IMG/VR virus record: IMGVR_UViG_3300047545_000399
Span: 1 to 30,766 of that record
Length of the DNA: 30,766 bases
Origin: a virus
Lineage: Duplodnaviria > Caudoviricetes
Strand: one strand, 5' to 3'
Shown here: piece after piece, positions 26,259 through 30,766 of the stretch
Numbering within the stretch: the first letter of the stretch is position 1
Layout of the letters: each line of letters begins with the position of its first letter
Made by a program: the position numbers and the translations under genes
The notes under the pieces: generated by a model
What the model was told of the DNA's origin: nothing
The model's database searches: none
Seen by the model: only the letters and a program-made list of their open reading frames with translations

Positions 26259-26574
26259 AGTGACGGCACCCCATACGTGACTCCATGTGCATACCGGCAT
26301 ACGTCATGTAAGCAGGGCCACGGTTCATCGGTGCAAGCAACGAGTGAGCCTCGCGGCATGGGCACGCTTGGTTTAAGCTTCGGATGTACTCTAAAAGCGA
26401 TTCCGGCTTCAGTAAATTGTACTTAGCGGCACCAAATGTCACCGATTCGTCGCCATTGCGAACGCTCGTGATCTCTGCACCACCGATCATCAGATCGTGA
26501 TAGCGTGCAAGAGCCGCCTGAAGCTTCTCAGCGCAGGTACTCGGTGCAAGAATTTGTCTGTCACAGGTATTCAC
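26251..26574 (-). CDS. Head completion protein, gpW-like, Cys-rich
   Basis: ARYHDLMIGG...SVRNGDESVTF...LLEYIRSL resembles gpW, and it sits just before the portal gene. Confidence 0.75.
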   Translation of the reverse strand: MNTCDRQILAPSTCAEKLQAALARYHDLMIGGAEITSVRNGDESVTFGAAKYNLLKPESLLEYIRSLNQACPCREAHSLLAPMNRGPAYMTYAGMHMESRMGCRHCG

Positions 26575-26581
26575 CGCTACA

Positions 26582-26627
26582 AAAATACCCGCTTGCCCCA
26601 GATGGTTCTAGGGTGAAAAACCTACCT
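26582..26627 (-). promoter_or_regulatory. Conserved 20-bp motif (copy 3) plus -10-like TATTTT; putative late promoter
   Basis: AGGTAGGTTTTTCACCCTAG at 26608..26627, then 20 nt, then TATTTT. Confidence 0.7.
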
Positions 26628-27010
26628 CATGACCAGCGACGTTGGTTCTTTTCTGCCCGACTCATTAAATCTTTGGGAAGCCACTCGTCAAAAATAGCCT
26701 TGGCTTTATTTGCATTGACCTGACCAAACCGAACGCGGATAAACTCGACAAGCCCGTAAACATCGGCTGCCTTGGCCTCAGAGATGCCCTCTCTAATATC
26801 CGTTACTGCATGGCGACCTTTTTGCAGCATCCAGTCTGCAAGGGCCGACGGCATGATCTTATGTTCGTTCATAACCGTTTTAAACGCGTGACACTGGCAT
26901 TTGAATTGCGCCTCTTGGCACGACTCGATGACCTGCACTTCCGGTTTTACCGTTTCGTCGATTATTGTTTTCTTTAAAGTTATGGTGCCGCGTAGTTTTT
27001 GATTGCTCAT
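26627..27010 (-). CDS. Hypothetical protein (CxC motif)
   Basis: ATG at 27010 (MSNQKLRG...). In the reconstructed pre-insertion allele this ATG overlaps the terL stop (ATGA). Confidence 0.7.
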   Translation of the reverse strand: MSNQKLRGTITLKKTIIDETVKPEVQVIESCQEAQFKCQCHAFKTVMNEHKIMPSALADWMLQKGRHAVTDIREGISEAKAADVYGLVEFIRVRFGQVNANKAKAIFDEWLPKDLMSRAEKNQRRWS

Positions 27011-27145
27011 CAAGGGTGTCCGTTAGATTATCCATCTAGTATTAGCGCGGATACCCCTAGCTTTAGCTATGGGGAGGAAGCGCTGCCTTTCTTTGTTTAT
27101 TAAAAAGAATATTTCGCAAGCCTCTTTCGAGTTAGCGCCACTTGC

Positions 27146-27174
27146 TTGACGCGGCCCATAATATTCTATAGACT
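27146..27174 (+). promoter_or_regulatory. Sigma70-type promoter for tnpB (probably leaderless mRNA)
   Basis: TTGACG-N17-TAGACT, with the ATG 7 nt further on and no SD. Confidence 0.6.
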
Positions 27175-27181
27175 GTACAGC

Positions 27182-28246
27182 ATGATAGTTGTTTACAAAT
27201 ACCGAGTCAAGTCCAACGAAAGAACATTGAATAGATGGTCTCGCGCCGTCAACTTCGTGTGGAACTATTCCAACGACAGGCAGAAGGATGCCCTGCGGTT
27301 TGGTCGTCGATGGCTCACCGGATTTGATCTGAACAAACTTACAAGCGGTTCGAGTAAAGAGCTTGGCTTGCATAGCGGCACTGTTAATGCGACTTGTGAG
27401 CAGTACGCCAAGAGCAGAAATCAATTTAAGAAGCCGTACTTGCGATACCGTGGCAAGCGCTCCCTTGGTTGGGTTCCGCTCAAAGGGCGCGACCTCAAAG
27501 CAACCAGTAAAGGCTTTTCGTTTTACGGCACTGAGTTCCGCGTAGCTTTGAGTCGCCCCATTCCTGACGGCGCTGTTGTCAAAGATGGAACTTGCTTCGC
27601 TCAAGACTCGCTCGGCCATTGGTACGTTTGCGTCGTTCTCGAAATTCCCAAGGTAGAACTTCCCGTCAACGATTTGCAAGTCGGTATTGACCTTGGCCTC
27701 AAGGACTTTGCTACTCTGTCCGACGGGGATGTAATTGAAGCGCCAAAGATTTACAGAAAGACCGAAGAGGCGCTTGGCAATGCTCAGCGGGCTAACCATT
27801 TGAAACAAACGAAAAGAATCCACGCTCGAATTGCCGATCAGCGTAAAGACTTTTTGCATAAACTTAGTAGGAAAATTGTCGATAAATACGGCGTTATCGC
27901 CGTGGGCAATGTCAACGCATCTGGTCTGGCTAAGACCAACCTTTCTAAATCCGTCCTTGATGCTGGATGGTCGTCCTTTAGGACAATGTTGCGATACAAA
28001 AGCGAGTACGCGGGTCGCAAATATGCCGAAGTGAACGAAAGATTTACCTCCCAAGTCTGTTCGGATTGTGGCGCTTTGCCCGATTCGAGGCCGAAAGGTA
28101 TCGCAGACCTTGGAATAAGGAAGTGGGCTTGTTGTGAATGTGGCGCTGTGCATGATCGTGATGTAAATGCGGCTCGCAATATTCTATCTAAGTACGTTTC
28201 CGGTCTCGGACATGAGACTCCCGCTGGGGGAATCCCCTGCCTTTAG
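27182..28246 (+). CDS. tnpB: RNA-guided endonuclease TnpB
   Basis: YKYRV, NFVWNY, RuvC-I GIDLG, DFLHKLSR, DAGWSSF, VNERFTSQVCSDC...CCECG zinc finger, RuvC-III HDRDVNAARNI. ATG at 27182 preferred over TTG at 27146. Confidence 0.95.
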   Translation: MIVVYKYRVKSNERTLNRWSRAVNFVWNYSNDRQKDALRFGRRWLTGFDLNKLTSGSSKELGLHSGTVNATCEQYAKSRNQFKKPYLRYRGKRSLGWVPLKGRDLKATSKGFSFYGTEFRVALSRPIPDGAVVKDGTCFAQDSLGHWYVCVVLEIPKVELPVNDLQVGIDLGLKDFATLSDGDVIEAPKIYRKTEEALGNAQRANHLKQTKRIHARIADQRKDFLHKLSRKIVDKYGVIAVGNVNASGLAKTNLSKSVLDAGWSSFRTMLRYKSEYAGRKYAEVNERFTSQVCSDCGALPDSRPKGIADLGIRKWACCECGAVHDRDVNAARNILSKYVSGLGHETPAGGIPCL

Positions 28247-28260
28247 GCATGGGGAGGATG

Positions 28261-30231
28261 TCAAGACTTCATCCTTTGTGCGGCCCTTAATAGCCAGTCG
28301 TTAGCAGTGGCCTTGTTAGCCTCTTGGTTAGTATGTCGCCGCGCCCATGCAGGCGGGTTATCCCATTTGATCGAAGGCGCACCAAGTACGTTATGCACCG
28401 CCAAAGCGTAGACAAACAGAATCCATGCCTCGTTAGCCGCCTTGTCGTTTTTGCGCTCGTAGCCGCTCTTACCGTCCCATCGCATCGACGTTAGCTCAGC
28501 AAAAAATGGCCGGTTCGTTTTGTGCAGCCATTCGGGGAAATGAATATAGTTGGTTCCGTACTCGGTACGGTTGAGCATTTGCTCGAGCTCGTTACCTAGC
28601 CGTGTTACATCGCAAAAGTGAAGGGGCAATAAAGAGCCTTGAGGTACTTTTTCCGACACCTTCGTTACATCGCCGGTCGCTCTACGCTCGCCCTTGCCTA
28701 GCATTAGCCTTGCCAAGAACGGTTTAGTCTCTGCCTTGCTTGCTAAAAATCGGGTAAACGCATAAGCATTACTGGTTGCGTTATCCTTGCCGCCGGTGTC
28801 GATCCAAACCTTGACCGGCAGTAACCCATCATAAGATCGAGTAAAGACTTTTACTAAGTCCTCCCAATCTTCGGTGTGAGTAAAGGGTGACATTCTTAGC
28901 CGCTTACCATCCATGCCGGACCGGTGTGACTCGCTCATGTTGTACCGATCAATCAACCACGTCTCGCGGTTTTTACCAAAGCCCACGATCTGGATAACAA
29001 AGCGATTTATCTGCTGATCGATGGTTGCCACTAAAAACTCCACGCCGGCCGGCACCACGCCACGCTCGAACGCCTCAACCCGTTCCTCAATCGCGCCCTG
29101 ATCCCTTGCGTCTTCGGGCTTTGGAGGTAAGAACGGTCTGCCATGATCCGTGTTGACTACAAGCTTCCAGTCATTCATTGCCCGCTCACGGTCGAACGTT
29201 TTCAAAGATTCATAAGTGGCAATGGCAGAATCTGTTTTCTGCAAGAGCGAAGCCCACGATTGATAAGCCGCTGCCGGCCCCTCCATCCAATAGCTAGACC
29301 ATCGCGGATTGTTTACAGGGCCATCATCTGCAACCCATGTGCAGCCAATGTTAAGCATTTGTTTTTGTGACTCATCGATAAACGCACCGCAGACCTCACA
29401 CACTAATTGCGGTTGACCGTCAACCATCTTGAGGAATTCCATGTCTGGCCGAGTAAGCGACTGGCAATGCGGGCACGTCCAGTAAAGCTTTTTCCGGTCG
29501 CCCTGATTGTAGTATTTGCAAAGACCCTCGGTCGGCGGGATTTCATGCTTGGTAACAAGTCCGGCATTTAGCCTGGCCTCCCACTCGATCAGGTTCACTT
29601 CAAAGCCGGGTGATGTTTCTGCAATGCACTTGCCGCTAGACTTACTCGTCGTGGTTCGCTTGAGTCCCATCAGGAACTTTGACCCCTCGCCCTCAACGTC
29701 GTCGTCTCGTCGGTCATAATCAGGGAAAACTACCTTCTGAAAAGCATCGCCCGACAATTGAGACGCGGCGTGCCACCCAAACCGGATCAACTGGCCATTT
29801 CTTAATATCTTTTCGTGGATCGAGTCGTCGTCGGCACGCAAGCTGATCTTTGCTTTTAACTCGGGACTGGCTTTGACCATGCGCGGGAATCTAATCTTGC
29901 CAAACCGTCTTGCTCGGTCTTCGGTGGGCTCGCTTATAAGTACGTCACCGCCTCCGGTGTACATTTGATGCGCTAGGACCGTCTCAGTCAACCCAGCGGT
30001 CTTTCCGCTACGTGCAGGTCCAACAAAGATTACAGCCTCAACACGCCGGTCTGTAACGTCTCGCTGGGGCTGTTTCATGTAAGGGGTTAGATCAGGGTTA
30101 TACCGAATCGTCGTTGCGCCATCTCCAGCGATAAACACGTGTTCCTTGGCTACCTCTGTAACGCCCATGCGCAAAGGTGGCTTTAAGCCCTCTAGCAGTT
30201 CAAGTGCTAGTTCTCTAGGGCTCAGGTACAT
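28261..30231 (-). CDS. terL: Terminase large subunit, lambda gpA family
   Basis: Walker A GPARSGKT, TPYM, DYDR, ETSPG, CPHC/CEVC zinc motif, ATIDQQ nuclease motif, NEAW. Confidence 0.95.
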   Translation of the reverse strand: MYLSPRELALELLEGLKPPLRMGVTEVAKEHVFIAGDGATTIRYNPDLTPYMKQPQRDVTDRRVEAVIFVGPARSGKTAGLTETVLAHQMYTGGGDVLISEPTEDRARRFGKIRFPRMVKASPELKAKISLRADDDSIHEKILRNGQLIRFGWHAASQLSGDAFQKVVFPDYDRRDDDVEGEGSKFLMGLKRTTTSKSSGKCIAETSPGFEVNLIEWEARLNAGLVTKHEIPPTEGLCKYYNQGDRKKLYWTCPHCQSLTRPDMEFLKMVDGQPQLVCEVCGAFIDESQKQMLNIGCTWVADDGPVNNPRWSSYWMEGPAAAYQSWASLLQKTDSAIATYESLKTFDRERAMNDWKLVVNTDHGRPFLPPKPEDARDQGAIEERVEAFERGVVPAGVEFLVATIDQQINRFVIQIVGFGKNRETWLIDRYNMSESHRSGMDGKRLRMSPFTHTEDWEDLVKVFTRSYDGLLPVKVWIDTGGKDNATSNAYAFTRFLASKAETKPFLARLMLGKGERRATGDVTKVSEKVPQGSLLPLHFCDVTRLGNELEQMLNRTEYGTNYIHFPEWLHKTNRPFFAELTSMRWDGKSGYERKNDKAANEAWILFVYALAVHNVLGAPSIKWDNPPAWARRHTNQEANKATANDWLLRAAQRMKS

Positions 30232-30766
30232 AGCCTAGACTTTCCTGAGCCTGCAAAGCCATACTCATGCGCACGTCATCAATGATCTGCTCAACCGCGG
30301 AAACCTGAAACGGAGTGAGACTGGCCTCGACCTCCATGCGGTCCGGCAACGTCAGCAGCGACTGAGTGATAACTTTCTGCGCCATCCCCCAAAGCCGACG
30401 CATAGCCTCGACTTCGACAACCTGACCTTTTAGCTCTTCAACCTCGATCCGCTTTTTCTCCGAGTCCCAAAAGTCTTTGCGGTCTTTAGGCTCCAGTGAC
30501 TCCGGATCAATGTTGCCGCTGATCGTCGGTCGCTCTTCTTGCCCTTTGACAAACGCACGAGCAACTGCGCATTGCAACACGCTCTCAATGGTCCACGCCT
30601 CGGCGCCCTCGATCACAAACGCCATGCTGCCGCTCAACAACTTTCTGGCCTGCGTGGTGTTGGTCCCCATAAGCATTGCCGCGTACTGCAAGCTAACCAT
30701 ATTGGCCTGACCGCTAAACAACAACAGCGGCTTGCGCTTGGCAACACTCAGCGCCTCGCTAGGCAA
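30215..30766 (-). CDS. Terminase small subunit-like (DUF1441-like); start uncertain
   Basis: DPESLEPKDRKDFWDSEKKRIE...LLTLPDRME...LTP...IIDDVR resembles DUF1441. Overlaps the terL start. The true start may be ATG 30700 or lie outside the window. Confidence 0.75.
   Translation of the reverse strand: MPSEALSVAKRKPLLLFSGQANMVSLQYAAMLMGTNTTQARKLLSGSMAFVIEGAEAWTIESVLQCAVARAFVKGQEERPTISGNIDPESLEPKDRKDFWDSEKKRIEVEELKGQVVEVEAMRRLWGMAQKVITQSLLTLPDRMEVEASLTPFQVSAVEQIIDDVRMSMALQAQESLGYVPEP

Larger units (their letters stand above)
27011..28264 (+). mobile_element. Non-autonomous IS200/IS605-family element (IS1341-like, tnpB only)
   Basis: LE hairpin GATA-CCCCTAGCTTTAGCTATGGGG (27050..27074). RE hairpin GAAT-CCCCTGCCTTTAGGCATGGGG...TCAA (28230..28264), the same GAAT/TCAA pair as IS608. 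Target TCAT at 27007..27010. No tnpA. Confidence 0.88.

Noticed and set aside
26259-26300. Track start for the portal (and similar long starts at 3496, 11318, 1687, 27013, 27146)
   Set aside because: These extend into upstream genes or the IS. Downstream starts with better SD or coupling were used instead.
5900-26627. 20-bp repeat as a CRISPR array or IS end
   Set aside because: The copies are kilobases apart with no spacer structure, cas genes or adjacent transposase.
27023-28153. 376-aa minus-strand ORF co-oriented with the phage operon
   Set aside because: It is the antisense shadow of tnpB with no recognisable motifs, while the + strand has all TnpB motifs.
27182-28246. TnpB as nuclease-dead TldR or as a Cas12 effector
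   Set aside because: The missing RuvC-II Glu has a plausible substitute in VNE, both IS ends are intact, and no CRISPR array is nearby.
129-30710. Many short + strand ORFs and alternative-frame minus ORFs in the track
   Set aside because: They overlap well-supported, tightly packed minus-strand genes and show no motifs. Treated as shadows.
1-30766. Alternative genetic code as an explanation for Cys excess; tRNA/rRNA genes
   Set aside because: The Cys are ordinary TGC/TGT codons in long standard-code ORFs, all three stop codons end genes at sensible junctions, and some proteins have no Cys. The intergenic gaps are short and showed no structural RNA gene.

Overview
This window is the late (virion) operon of a lambda-like tailed phage (siphovirus), almost all on the minus strand. 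Order from right to left: DUF1441-type small terminase, gpA-type large terminase, a solo-tnpB IS200/IS605 element (the only real + strand gene), a hypothetical gene, gpW-like protein, lambda-type portal, S49 protease with a nested scaffold, decoration protein and major capsid protein. Next come about 14 kb of large fibre, Ig-domain and beta-helix proteins and a lysis cassette. These are followed by two small Cys-motif proteins, neck/head-tail proteins, two paralogous tail tube proteins, two DUF2793-like proteins, a frameshifted tail chaperone pair and the start of the tape measure gene. Four observations stand out. (1) A candidate split-Ig 'plug-and-socket' system: two large Ig-repeat proteins end in Ig domains lacking the last beta-hairpin, and that hairpin appears three times in two distant DUF2793-like proteins. 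(2) The virion proteins are selectively cysteine-rich, and a coupled gene pair carries DsbB-like (CxxCxxxR + TM) and VKOR-like (C-x7-C) motifs, suggesting a phage-encoded disulfide pathway. (3) An exact 20-bp motif occurs three times, each with a -10-like element at fixed spacing. (4) A TnpB element with a rearranged RuvC-II sits precisely in the terL stop/next-start overlap without changing the TerL protein. All family assignments come from motif recognition by eye, with no database search.
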